Assembly: GCA_038087875.1 (NCBI GenBank)
Contig: CM075991.1
Location: 8,744,001 to 8,808,000, forward strand
Origin: Malacoraja senta
Lineage: Eukaryota
Length of the DNA stretch: 64,000 nt
Reading direction: 5' to 3'
Shown here: one piece after another, positions 38,351 to 50,421 of the stretch
How positions within the stretch are numbered: the first letter of the stretch is position 1
Layout: each line of letters starts with the position of its first letter
The notes under the pieces: model-generated
Database searches by the model: none
What the model saw: the letters and a program-made list of their open reading frames with translations, nothing else
What the model was told of the DNA's origin: nothing
Position numbers and translations under genes: made by a program

Positions 38351-38529
38351 AGCCTCAGTGTTGATCACCACTTGCATCCCTTCCCTGTACAGTGTCACTT
38401 CATTATTGTTCAGAAATTCTGATGGTTTGGCATTGGGTTTGCATGGTGTTGCTTCCTGTGGACTCTTTAACACACAGAGGTTCAGGTTTCCATTCTTCCT
38501 GTTGGCACCATGGCACAGCGGCAGGGTTA

Positions 38530-39770
38530 TACAGTCATAGAGTGATACAGCATGGAAACAGGCCCTTCGGCCCAACTTGCCAACTCCAGCCAACATGACC
38601 CAGCTACACTAGTCCCACCTACCTGCATTTGGTCCACATCCCTCCAAATTTGTCCTATCCATGTACCTGCCTAACTTTTTCTTAAATGTTGGGATAGTCC
38701 CTGCCTCAACTACCTCCTCTAGCAGCTTGTTCCATACACGCACCACCCTTTGTGTGAAAAAGTTTCCCCTCAGATCCCTATTAAATCTTTTCCCCTTCAC
38801 CTTGAACCTATGTCCTCTGGTCCTCGATTCCCCCACTCTGGGCAGGAGATTCTGTGCATCTACCCGATTTCTTCCTCTCATGATTTTACACACCTCTATA
38901 AGATCACCCCTCATCATCCTGCGCTCCAATGAATAGAGTCCCAGCCTACTCAACCTCTCTCTATAGCTCAGACCCTCTTGTCCTGGCAACATCCTCGTAA
39001 ATCTTCTCTGAACCCTTTCAAGCTTGACAATATCTTTCCTATAACATGTGACCAGAACAGAACACAATATTCTTAATGTGGTCTCACCAACGTCTTATAC
39101 AACTGCAACTTGACCTCCCAACTTCTATACTCTAGTTGTCCCTAGCGTTGTCCCTTTTCACACAAAGGGTGGTGGGTGTATGGAACAAGCTGCCAGAGGA
39201 GGTAGCTGAGGCAGGGACTATCCCAACGTTTAAGAAACAGTTAGACAGGTACATGGATAGGACAGGTTTGGAGGGATATGGACCAAACGCAGGCAGGTGG
39301 GACTAGTGTAAACATAGAAACATAGAAAATAGGTGCAGGAGTAGGCCATTCGGCCCTTCGAGCTTGCACCACCATTCAATATGATCATGGCTGATCATCC
39401 AACTCAGTATCCTGTACCTGCCTTCTCTCCATACCCCCTGATCCGTTTAGCCACAAGGGCCACATCTAACTCCCTCTTAAATATACCCAATGAACTGGCC
39501 TCAACTACCTTCTGTGGCAGAGAATTCCACAGATTCACCACTCTCTGTGTGAAAAATGTTTTTCTCAACTCGGTCCTCCAAGATTTCCCCCTTATCCTTA
39601 AACTGTGACCCCTTGTTCTGGACTTCCCCAACATCGGGAACAATCTTCCTGCATCTAGCCTGTCCAACCCCTTAAGAATTTTGTAGCTGGGACATGTTGG
39701 CCGATGCGGGCAAGCTGGGCCAAAGGGCCTGTTTCCACACTATATCACGCTGTATCACTCTATGACTCTA
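38530..39770. mobile_element. CR1 cluster: 38530-39130 (-), inverted partner 39155-39770 (+), nested CR1 39312-39683 (-)
   Basis: ORFs 38609-39067 and 39404-39667 encode the CR1 RT C-terminus. Confidence 0.85.
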
Positions 39771-40304
39771 AAAATTAAAATAATTGCCAGCAGTCAGTGT
39801 GCTTGTGAGAATAATGATAATAGCTGTTTCATGTTCCCTGGATCCTTATACCCGGTTGATAGCTAATTTATAGGGTTATTACCAGGATTATGTAAAATGT
39901 CAGGTTAATTCACCTAATTTGAGTAGAAATTATCCTTCTTAACAGACCAGAGACATGTAGGATACCTATGACAGTGAGATAAGGGGATGAGAAGATTAAC
40001 TGAGCGGAAGGTGTCAGATAGGAGGGAGAGGGCATTAAAAACCTTGAAATTTAGCCACAAATCTATCAGCATTGTAACCTAATGTCCTTGGCATGATATT
40101 TCACTGTTTGACATTTAATAGAAGTTATACCCCACTCATTGTAAAAGGATGATAAACCCCATTAAAAATAACAGATGGATTTATTTCAATTAAGGTAGCG
40201 TGTGTTTGTCATCAGCTCCAGCAAAGCTGAACGTGAAAGCCAGTCATTTATTGCACCTGCACCAGGGAGAGTATTGTCCGGCAGATATATTTGTTATTGG
40301 TATC

Positions 40305-40767
40305 AGTTTAGAGGTACAGCATGGAAACAGGCCCTTCGGCCCACAGAGTCCGCACCGACCAGCGATCCCCGCACATTAACACTACCCTACACCTAGTAGG
40401 GACAATTTTACATTGACACCAAGCCAATTACAAGGCCTACAAACCTGTGGATCTTTGAGTTTAAGAAGGAACTGCAGATGCTGGAAAATCGAAGGTAGAC
40501 AAAAATGCTGGAGAAACTCAGCAGGTGCAGCAGCATCTATGGAACGAAGGAGATAGGCAAGGGTTTCGGGCTGAAAACCCTTCTTTCAGACCCCTTGTAG
40601 ATCTTTGAAGTGTGTGAGGAATCCATAGATCTCAGAGAAAACGCAGCCGGTCACAGGGAGAAGGTATAAACTCCGAAAACAGACAGCACCGGTGGTCGGG
40701 ATCGGAACCCGGAACTCCGCCCGCTGTATGAGTTGTAAGGCAGCAATTCTACCACTGCGCCACCGTG
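40305..40767 (-). mobile_element. V-SINE split by a Penelope P1 unit (40459-40590)
   Basis: TGT(G/A)GATCTTTGA is duplicated around the insert. Confidence 0.78.
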
Positions 40768-41464
40768 TCACCCTACATTGCACTGAAGCTGGCATGTGTT
40801 TGCCTTTCGTTGGATGCCAATGGTCACTCTGGCCCTTTGATGGTCCAGTGACCTCCTCAGTGATGACTGGGCCTGTGAGGACGTGGGGCTTCCCAACCTG
40901 GGACCAGCCATAGACAAATTAACGCAAGACCCTACCCGTTTGTACTCATGAACTATGAATACCATACGATATGGTACGATAGCACTTTATTCATCCCAGG
41001 AGGGAGATTGGTCTGCCAACAGTCATAAAACACAAGGTAGACAAACGTGCTGGAGAAACTCAGCAGATGCAGCAGCATCTATGGAGCGAAGGAAATAGGC
41101 AACGTGTCGAACCAAAACGTTTCTTCAGACATAAAACACAACAAGATACACAAAATTAAAGTGACAAGTGGAAAGCTCAGATTGGGTGTGCGCAAAGATT
41201 GTGGGCGGTGAGGTGGGGGGAGGGGTAAGGGGACCCCGTACGGGATTAGTACGGGTGTCAGGGGTTATGGAGCGCAGGCAGGAGAATGGGGTTGAGAGGG
41301 GAAGATAGATCAGCCACGATTGAATGGCGGAGTAGACTTGATGGGCCGAATGGCCTAATTGTGCTCCTAGAACTTGTGAAATTTCCAGTCTTGGCCTTGG
41401 GCAGCTGCGACTCTGCCCCAGGCTCACTGCATAGTCTCCTGCAGTCGCCTAAAAAGTCCCCTTA

Positions 41465-41795
41465 AAGCCCTGTCCCACTGTACGAGTTCATTCAAGAGTT
41501 CTCCCCGAGTTTGCCCTGATTCGAACTCGGAGATTTACGGTAATGGCCGCTCGTCGGTACTCGGGGCTCTCGTGGACATTTTTCATCATGTTGAAAAATC
41601 TTCACGAGTCTTCCCGAGCTTACCTGCCGTTAGCGAGTCTTCCCGAGTACCTGCCGTTAGCGTTACGAGCCGCTAAGAGACGTCCCCGAGCTCCGACGTA
41701 CCCGCTACGTTCATTCTACGTGCTTACCACGAGTTTGATTTTTTTTTAAACTTGGGAGAGCTCTTGGAATGAACTCGTACAGTGGGACAGGGCCA
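41465..41795 (+). mobile_element. MITE family A, inserted in the TIR of another MITE
   Basis: Flanks TTA/TAA. The host TIR resumes GTGGGACAGGCCCA at 41799-41812. Confidence 0.9.
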
Positions 41796-42216
41796 TAAGT
41801 GGGACAGGCCCATAAGACTTTCTGGTCTGCTGCCAAGTAATATCAGTGTGAGTCAAAGTATCAAAATAAACCTTTTGCTGGATTAACCCAGTGTGACTTG
41901 CTTTTAAAGTCTAATTCTGCTTTGTAGGAGCAACTTTCTCTGCAGGAAGCTTTACTCCAGAGAGCTTGGACAGCAGGGTGAAACCACAGGCACTTGTGCT
42001 GAAGCCCAAATCCTCCAGAGCCAGTTTCTAATGGCAAACATCTCACGTCGGAGACCTGTGCTCCACGGTGAGGGAGGTGAAACTGTTTGTTCACTTAATT
42101 TACCCCGTCCATATCTCCGGAAGGAGAAGGAGCCTGCAGCAATAACGCAGGATGCTGCAGGAGGTTGCCCAAGCCTCTGAATAAACCATGCCAACCTCCC
42201 TCCCGTTGACTCCATT

Positions 42217-42960
42217 TATACCTCACGTTGCCTCGGCAAGGCCAGCAGCATAATCAAGGACGAGTCGCACCCTGGTCACTCCCTCTTCTCCCCTCTCCCA
42301 TCAGGCAAAAGGTGCAGAAGTGTGAAAACGCTCACACCTCCAGATTCAGGGACAGTTTCTTCCCAGCTGTTATCAAAGCCCAGTCCCACGGACAAGTTCA
42401 TTCCAAGAGCTCTCCCGAGTAAAAAAAAAAATCAAACTCGTGGTAAGCACGGAGAATGAACGTAGCGGGTACGTCGGAGCTCGGGGACGTCTCTTAGCGG
42501 CTCGTAACGCTAACGGCGGGTACTCGGGAAGACTCGCTAACGGCAGGAAAGCACGGGAAGACTCGTGAAGATTTTTCAACAGGTTGAAAAATTTCCACGA
42601 GAGCCCCGAGTACCGACGAGTGGCCATTACCGTAAATCTCCGAGTTCGAATCAGGGCAAACTCGGGAGAGCTCTTGGAATGAACTCGTACCGTGGGACAG
42701 GGCTATCAGGCAACTGAATCATCCAACCACAACCAGAGAGCAGCGCTGATCTACTATCTACCTCATTGGTGACCCTCGGACTATCTTTGATCGGACTTTG
42801 CTGGCTTTACGTTGCACTGAAAGTTATTCCCTTATCATGTATCTACGCACTGTAAATGGCTCGATTGTAATCATGTATTGTCTTTCCGCTGACTGGATAG
42901 CACGCAACGAAAGCTTTTCACTGTACCTCGGTACACGTGACAATAAACTAAACTGTAAAC
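42217..42960 (+). mobile_element. Rex1/Babar 3' fragment split by a MITE
   Basis: Encodes HSLFSPLPSGKR..TSRFRDSFFPAVIR. Same family as 54222-54628 and 19980-20258. Confidence 0.85.
42376..42705 (-). mobile_element. MITE family A
   Basis: Reverse-orientation copy with a perfect TCA TSD, inside a Rex1 fragment. Confidence 0.9.
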
Positions 42961-43206
42961 TGTAATAGTGATGTAGGCATGGAACCAGGCCCATCGGCCC
43001 ATCAGACATGAACTACCCAAATGGTGAAAGAAAATTATTGGGCCACTCCAGTAAAATATTTTTTGCAAGGACTTGAAATTTCTTTCCTCCTTTTCTTTCA
43101 GCCCGCTACCTTCAACGATTTCTTTGCTCTTTTTAATCCTGGTCCTGGAAGCTTTGCTCTCAATCCATCTCACAGGGCCTTGCCTTCTGGTGTCACTATA
43201 CAAACC

Positions 43207-43672
43207 CAGGGGTCGGCAACCTGCGGCCCCCGGGCCGAATGCGGCCCGTAACCCGAAATCATCCGGCCCGCAGGTGGATTTTTTTCCCCGTAATCATTCG
43301 CCCCGCCGAGCGCGGAGCTCTGGCTGCAACGCATCCTGCGCAAACACGTTTAAGAAAGAACTGCAGATGCTGGAAAAATCGAAGGTCGACAAAATTTTGA
43401 ATTTCACTACACCAATTGGTGTAAGTGACAATGTGAACCTTTGAACCTTTGAACCGCTGGGGAAACTCAGCGGGTAAGACATGCAAGGATCGCACGAGGC
43501 TGCCTCACCCGCTGAGTTTCTCCAGCATTTTTGTCGACCTTCTGTGAACGTGTGATTTGATGCCTGCCATCCGGGGCGGGATGGGGGCGGGATCCACGTG
43601 AAAGTTGTGGCCCGCCATCCGTTCACAGACATGCGTCCCGGCCCCTATGCAGAACAAGGTTGCTGACCCCTG
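43207..43672. mobile_element. hAT (Charlie-like) MITE with nested Penelope and Rex-tail pieces
   Basis: TIR CAGGGGTCGGCAACCT / AGGTTGCTGACCCCTG with GCGGCCC subterminal motifs. TSD is degraded. Confidence 0.8.
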
Positions 43673-44262
43673 TATAACCTCCAGTATTCGCTCCATCATC
43701 ACCACCTCTCTTTCTTCCACCTGACAAAAAAACTACTTCTATGACCAAGCTTTTGATTGTCTACCCTTATCATTTGTAACTCGACATCACAGTCCATTTG
43801 ACAACACTGACGCAGAGCCGTGGGTTGCTTTGCTACTTTCAAGGCCAGATGATGAAAAGATATTGTCATGGCAAAGATATTGCTGACAGAAACTGTCTTA
43901 GCATACAATTGAATAGCAGTAGCCATCTAAGGTGCAAAAAAAGACACAACAAACTGCAGATCCTGCAAGGTAGACACAAACTGATTTAAACCAGCATCTG
44001 CAGTTCTTTCCTGCAGATACTGCACCCTTGGGCAAAGAAACAAGTGCTGGAGGAATTCAGCAGGTCAGGCAGCATTTGGGAAGAGAATGGACAGGCGACA
44101 TTTTGGGTCAGGGCTGTCTTCAGACTGATCAAAATATAAAAGTCAAGCGGATTCAGCAGATTAAAAAAAACATTTTATTTTAAATGTATCACTTTCTCAG
44201 CTTGTGTGGCAAGACCAACTCTCTGCCCCTTTACCAGGCCATTTTAGAGACCAGTTCATTAT

Positions 44263-44877
44263 TAATAATAATAATAATAGATTTATTTTATATAGCGCTT
44301 TTCAGGACTCAAAGTCGCTTTACAATTGAGAGTCAGGAATAAACAAAACAAAATAGAGCAGTAAGACAGAGGGGAGGGGAACATTGGACTAAGGGTATGC
44401 AGAGGTGAAGAGATGGGTCTTGAGGCGGGACTGGAAGATGGTGAGGGACTCAGAATTTTGGACCGGTTGTGGGAGGGAATTCCAGAGCCTGGGAGCTGCC
44501 CTGGAGAAGGCTCTGCCTCCAAAAGTGCAGAGGTTTGATTTCGGAGTGGAGAGGAGACCAGCTGATGTGGATCTGAGGGACCGTGAGGGTTGGTAGGGGG
44601 AGAGGAGGTCAATGAGATAAGGGGGGGCCAGGTTGTTGAGGGCTTTGTAGGTGAGGACCAGGATTTTGTAGGTGATCCGGTGGGAAATGGGAAGCCAGTG
44701 AAGTTCTTTGAGAACTGGGGTGATGTGGTGCCAGGATTTGGTGTGGGTAATGAGTCGAGCGGCTGCATTCAGGACCAGTTGGAGTCGTTTGATGCTGCTG
44801 GAATTGATTCCGAAATGAAGAGAGTTACAGTAGTCCAGTCGGGAGGAGATGAAGGCATGGATGAGTCTTTCAGCAGC
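44263..44877 (-). mobile_element. L2-clade LINE 3' fragment, same family as 12690-13537
   Basis: Nearly identical to the other copy. ORF 44389-44892 and (ATT)n tail. Confidence 0.9.
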
Positions 44878-44977
44878 ACCATTAGCTGTCAACCATGTTG
44901 CTGGGACTCGAGGCCAAACCAGGAAAGCTCCAGGTCGTCATGAAGGACGTAAGGTGAGTGGATAGCAAGAAATTTAA

Positions 44978-46067
44978 GGGCAGCACAGTGGCACAGTAAT
45001 AGAGTTGCTGTCTTAGAGCACCAGGGATTCAAGGTTCGATCCTAACTACGGTGCTGCCTGTGCAGAGTCTGTACGTTCTCCCTGCGACCGCGTGGGTGCT
45101 CCAGTTTCCTCCCACATTGCAAAGACGTAGAGGTTGGTAGTTTGATTGGCTTCTGTAAATTGGCCATAGTGTGTGGGATAGAATTAGTGTGAACTGGTCG
45201 GTACGGTCTCAGTGGGCCGAAAGGCCTGTTTCTACACTGTATCTTGAAATCTAAAATTAATTTGTTCCCATTGGAGTCAAACCGAGAGGTATAGATTGAC
45301 TGAGTCTGACAGAAGAACAAAAACCACCATGAGGGAAATTGTTTAAATGCATCAATCGGGACTGTGGTCGGGGTGGAAGCAGATTCAATTGTAGTTTTTA
45401 GTTTAGTTTAGAGATACAGCGCGGAAACAGGCCCTTCAGCCCACCTAGTCTGTGCCGACCAGCGATCTCCGCACACTGACACTACCCTACACACACTTGC
45501 GACGACAGATGGCGCAATGGGCTAAGTGTTCGGCTGGCAACCGGAAGGTAGCCGGTTCGAATCCCGCTTGGAGTGCATACTGTCGTTGTGTCCTTGGGCA
45601 AGACACTTCACCCACCTTTGCCTGCGTGTGAATGTGTGTGAATGTGTGTGTGAATGTGTGTGAGTGATTGGTGGTGGTCGGAGGGGCCGTAGGCGCAGAT
45701 TAGCAGCCACGCTTCCGTCAGTCTGCCCCAGGGCAGCTGTGGCTACAGAAGTAGCTCACCACCACCGAGTGGGACTGAGGAGTGAATGAATAATGCGATG
45801 TAAAGCGCCTGGAGTATTAGAAAGGCGCTATATAAATCCCATCCATTATTATTATTATTATTAAGGGCAATTTTACATTCACACCAAGCCAATTAACCTA
45901 CAAACCTGTTCGCCTTTGGAATGAGGAGGGAAACCGGAGAACCCGGAGAGAACCCACGCAGGTCACGGGGGCGGACGTACAAACTCCGTACAGACAGCAC
46001 CCGTGGTCAGGATCGAACCCGGGTCTCTGGCGCTGTAAGGCAGCAACTCTACCGCTGTGCCACCGTG
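44978..46067. mobile_element. Two V-SINEs: 44978-45257 (+) and 45398-46067 (-), the latter hosting the CORE-SINE
   Basis: Same family. Confidence 0.8.
45500..45862 (+). mobile_element. tRNA-derived CORE-type SINE with L2-type tail
   Basis: A box TGGCGCAATGG and B box GGTTCGAATCC. CORE-like GTGTCCTTGGGCAAGACACTT. Tail TGTAAAGCG..AAAGGCGCTATATAAAT + (ATT)n. Nested in a V-SINE. Confidence 0.85.
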
Positions 46068-46413
46068 TGGTGTTCAAAAATAAACTTGATCAGTATAAAA
46101 AAATAAAGGGTTGCAGGGACTGGAGAAGTGGGACCTCTCACACGGTGCTTTGTTTTTGAATGTATACAGTCACCTTAAAAATGTTTAAAACTAGACTTTC
46201 ATATTTTTAGAATATTTAGTGCATATTATTCTTAATTTTTTTAAACATTGATTTTATTCTTTTATATTGATTGGAAAAAATGTTGATTAACACAGTTTGA
46301 TTTTTAAACAACATGCCTCCCTTTTGTCTCCAAACATGCTCTGCTCTGGGTTCAACAGATCGATGCCCTACATCTGCGCTATCACCATTTTGTCTGGAAT
46401 TAATATATCCTCC

Positions 46414-46996
46414 GAGGGTTGCCAACTGTCCCGTATTAGCCGGGACATCCCGTACATTGGGCTAAATTGGTTTGTCCCGTACGGGACCGCCCTTGTCCCG
46501 TATTTGACTGCTACTACTAGGGTCGAGGGGACTGTCGGGTCGGAGCGCCGTGTCCGGCCCCGCCTCACCCGTCCCGACGTAGTGCAGCCCATGGAGTGCA
46601 GTAGCAGCAGCGCCTCGCCCGTGGCCCCGTCGGTCGGTCGGCAGCCCGGCCAGCCGTCCAACCTTTGCTCACCGCCAACACCACCACCACCCCTCCTTCT
46701 CGTGGCCGATGATCGGCTCATGAGTTGGGTGGGGCGCCGGACTTTGCATGCAGCAGAACACAACGCCCAGCCGGCGGGCCAGCTGAGGAGTTTGGACCCG
46801 GGCCGCGTGACGTCGCTTGCAAAGTCAAACCTCCTCAGCTGGCCCGCCGGCTGGGCTTTGTGTGCAGTCCAGCACCCGGGGCCAACTCATCATTCACCCA
46901 GCCACGGCCGAGTCGGTCAACGAATTGCCGTCGGGAATTTGTCCCTTATTTTGACCTTTTGCCCCTTATTTGGGAGTGAGAAAGTTGGCAACCCTA
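46414..46996. mobile_element. hAT MITE (TAGGGTTGCCAAC ends)
   Basis: TIR AGGGTTGCCAACT. 8-bp TSD TATCCTCC / TATCCTAC. TGTCCCGTA subterminal repeats. Confidence 0.85.
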
Positions 46997-47013
46997 TATC
47001 CTACACCTCCTAA

Positions 47014-47345
47014 AGCCCCTGTCCCACTGTACGAGTTCATTCCAAGAGTTCTCCCCGAGTTTGCCCTGATTGGAACTCGGAGATTTACGGTAATGGCCGC
47101 TCGTCGGTACTCGGGGCTCTCGTGGACATTTTTCAACATGTTGAAAAATCTTCACGAGTCTTCCCGAGCTTACCTGCCGTTAGCGAGTCTTCCCGAGTAC
47201 CTGCCGTTAGCGTTACGAGCTACTAAGAGACGTTCCCGAGCTCCAACGTACCCGCTACGTACATTCTACGTGCTTCCACGAGTTTGATTTTTTTTTTAAA
47301 ACTCGGGAGAGCTCTTGAATGAACTCGTACAGTGGGACAGGGCTT
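47014..47345 (+). mobile_element. MITE family A
   Basis: TAA TSD and ~47-bp TIRs. Confidence 0.9.
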
Positions 47346-47992
47346 TAAAGATGAGGTGGATCTAAGGTTTTGTATATAACGTACAATGAAACTAAGATAG
47401 CATTGAAATGCGACAAGTTTTTATGTGCTGGTTCCAGAAGACGATCTACTATCATCTGATACATTCACCCTTCTCTTTTTTCATATGGTCCATTTGAGAT
47501 ATTAGATAGCCGAGAATACCTGCCATTTTCTGCTTTTAGTGCTGCCACAATTTGCATCTTCTCACTCTTATCTCCTTACTTCAATCTTGGCGTTGCTCTT
47601 ACAGAATATTAAAATCCATCTTCAGTCTCCCGTTTGTATGTGTTATTACTTTGGCTGAGCAGTGAGGTGATTGAATGATCATTCAGCACGGCCGAGTGCT
47701 TCAGAACAAAGCCATGGTTAGAGGTAGCAAGGCAGAAGAGGAGCTAATTATTGAAGTGCTTCCTTCAGCGAGAGTGTGTGTATCTGTCTTGCTAGCTATT
47801 TCAGCATCTCAAGAGGCTTTGCATGCAGCGAAACACTTTGAAGTACAGTACCACGCGCAAGATCAGAAATGTGTAGGCTGTTTCTGGGAGCACTGTGTAA
47901 GCCAAAACATTGGTGGTGGGGGAAGGTGTCACAATTCATGGCAAATAGTCCGATATACAATATATCGCCTTCTGGGAGGCGATACAGGTCTC

Positions 47993-48557
47993 TGAGGAGA
48001 CTAAAGAAGGTCCATCTGTCTCCTCGGATTCTGGTGAACTTCTACCGCTGCACCATCGAGAGCATCCTTACCAACTGCATCACAGTATGGTATGGCAACT
48101 GCTCTGTCTCTGACCGGAAAGCACTGCAGAGGGTGGTGAAAATTGCCCAACGCATCACCGGTTCCTCACTCCCCACCATTGAGTCTGTCCAAAGCAAGCG
48201 TTGTCTGCGAAGGGCGCTCAGCATCGCCAAGGACTGCTCTCACCCCAACCACAGACTGTTTACCCTCCTACCATCCGGGAGGCGCTACAGGTCTCTCCGT
48301 TGCTGGAACAGCAGGTCCAGGAACAGCTTCTTCCCTGCGGCGGTTACACTACTCAACACTGTACCTCGGTGACTGCCAAACACACCCCCCCCCCCCCCCG
48401 GACACTCCTCCCACCAGGATTTATTAGATTTATTTATTTACTGCTCATATTTATGTCGCTCTTCTCGGGAGATGCTAACTGCATTTTGTTGTCTCTGTAC
48501 TGTACACTGCACAATGACAATAAAGTTGAATCTGATCTGAATCTGAATCTGAATCTG
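47993..48557 (+). mobile_element. Rex1/Babar LINE 3' fragment
   Basis: Encodes LRRLKK..NFYRCTIESILTNCITVWYGNC..SHPNHRLFTLLPSGRRYRS..NSFFP. Ends in GACAATAAA and an (AATCTG)n tail. Confidence 0.9.
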
Positions 48558-48577
48558 AAGACCCGCACTTGTAGACT

Positions 48578-49090
48578 TCTTCTGTCGTGTGTCTTTCAGA
48601 CCTGCAGCTCCGTTGAGGCGAGCCAGGCCAACGTGTCATCGTCCAGGTCAATCACACCTCGTTCACCATTCGGTGGCTGGTGTTTGGGGCAACTGGTGAC
48701 TATGTGCTCCACCGTCTGTGTTGGGTCCCCACACTCGCAGGAGGCACTCGCTGTCCACGAGGCCCCACCTCTTCATCGCTACTCCATAGCGTCCGACGCC
48801 TGTCCTCGAAGCGGTTGAGGGTCGTCCACTGCTTTCGGGGCAGGTCCTGGCCGGGGACGCCAAAGGCAGCCTCTACGCGGCCTCCTCTACGAGTAGCTTA
48901 CAGGCTCATAAGCCCACAAGGCGAAACCAATGTCTTTACCACGTCTGCAGACCGCTAAAAGCCATGCCTCCCCATGCCAGGCGGCACCGTTAAATGCCGC
49001 CAACTGTCGAGGATTAGCGCTAGTGCAGCTCAATGTTGAAGGCCTTACCACCGCCAAGCTCACCGTCATCGAACAGATTGCCATCAAAAA
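48578..49090 (-). mobile_element. Vingi/Ingi-like non-LTR element, internally deleted with inverted 5' segment
   Basis: Minus strand: WTTLNRF/RTGVGRYGVAMKRWG..CECG..QTVEHIVTSCP and a GAA tail. Plus strand: VQLNVEGLTTAKLTVIEQIA (endonuclease N-terminus). 11-bp TSD ACTTGTAGACT. Confidence 0.75.
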
Positions 49091-49435
49091 ACTTGTAGAC
49101 TAATTAACAGTTTCTACCCATGTGCCATTAAAGAATTAAACTCAAATAGATAACACTATGGGAAACACAACACAATTCGTGGTGCAATATAAAAATTTGT
49201 CTGCTGGAGTGTGCAATATAAGGTGCAATATTTCTACTATCTATTTACTTATTTTATTCATTGATCTTGCTGGTAAATGTGAGCGTTAATGGTTGACTGT
49301 GTTTTTGTTCTTTTAAATCTTTTTATCCTGTGCCTTTTATTGTACTGAAATTTCGTCGTACAGTTGCCGTGCAATGACAATAAAACGTATTCTATTCTAG
49401 ACAGAAAACCGTCTAGAGAGCAGAGAGAACCCAAA

Positions 49436-49728
49436 GGCAACACGGTGGCATTAGTGGTAGAGTTGCTGCCTGACAGCGCCAGAGGCCCAGGTTCCATCCT
49501 GACCACGGGTGCTGTCTGTGCGGAGTTTGTACGTTCTCCGCGTGACCGCGTGGGTTTTCTCCGAGATCTTCGGTTTCCTCCCACACTCCAAAGACGTGCA
49601 GATTTGTAGGTTAGTTGGCTTGGTATAAAATGTGAAATTGTCCCCAGTGTGTGTAGGGTAGTGTTAGTACGCTTGTCGGTACGGACTCAGAACCTGCTTT
49701 CTCGCTGTACTTCTAAACTAAACTAAAG
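49436..49728 (+). mobile_element. V-SINE
   Basis: Same family. Confidence 0.8.
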
Positions 49729-50421
49729 TTCATATGTTCTTTAGCCATAGGAGCAGAATTAGGCCATTTCATCCATCGGGTCTGCTTCGCCATTCGATCG
49801 TGGCCAATCTATTTTTCCCTTTCAGCCCCATTCTCCTGCCTTCTCCCCATTACTCTTGACACCCGTACTAATCAAGAACCCACCAATCTCCACTTTAAAA
49901 ATACCCAATCGCAGTTTGTGGCAAAAAAAATGCCACAGATTCACCACCCGCTAATTAAATAAATTATTCCTCATCTCCATTCTACCAACACGCTGAGTCT
50001 TCCAGCCTTTCAGCTTTAATTTTAGATGTCTCGTGTCTGCTGTCTCAGATCATCGATGACATATAAATGTATAATGCTTTGTAAATGTAATGACAGAAGC
50101 AGCTTCAGAAATTCTCTGCAAATGACGGGCCTAATTCATAATGCTGCTGAGGGGATCCCCTCTTTATTTTTCTCCTCCTCTGTTATCAGGTTTCTGAACG
50201 GTGTTTGCATGAGCAACATGACTATTGGATTAACCTGCATCCCACTGCGGACATTGGACTTTGTCTCTGGAGCCAGTGCACTACAATGCCTAACACTATA
50301 TTCTGCACTCTGTACCCTTTCCTCTGCCTATTGTATGTGTTATTACTTTGGCTGTGCAGTGAGGTGACTGAATGATCTTCAGACTGACGTGATTGTGTTT
50401 TCTGTTTTTTCCTCTTCTTTT

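Noticed and set aside
46297..47013. 238-aa ORF
   Set aside because: Chance read-through of a GC-rich hAT MITE, with no recognisable domain.
48862..48935. HDV-like ribozyme at the Vingi 5' end
   Set aside because: CCTCCTC and GGCGAA motifs are suggestive, but I could not build the P1/P2/P3 pairings by eye.
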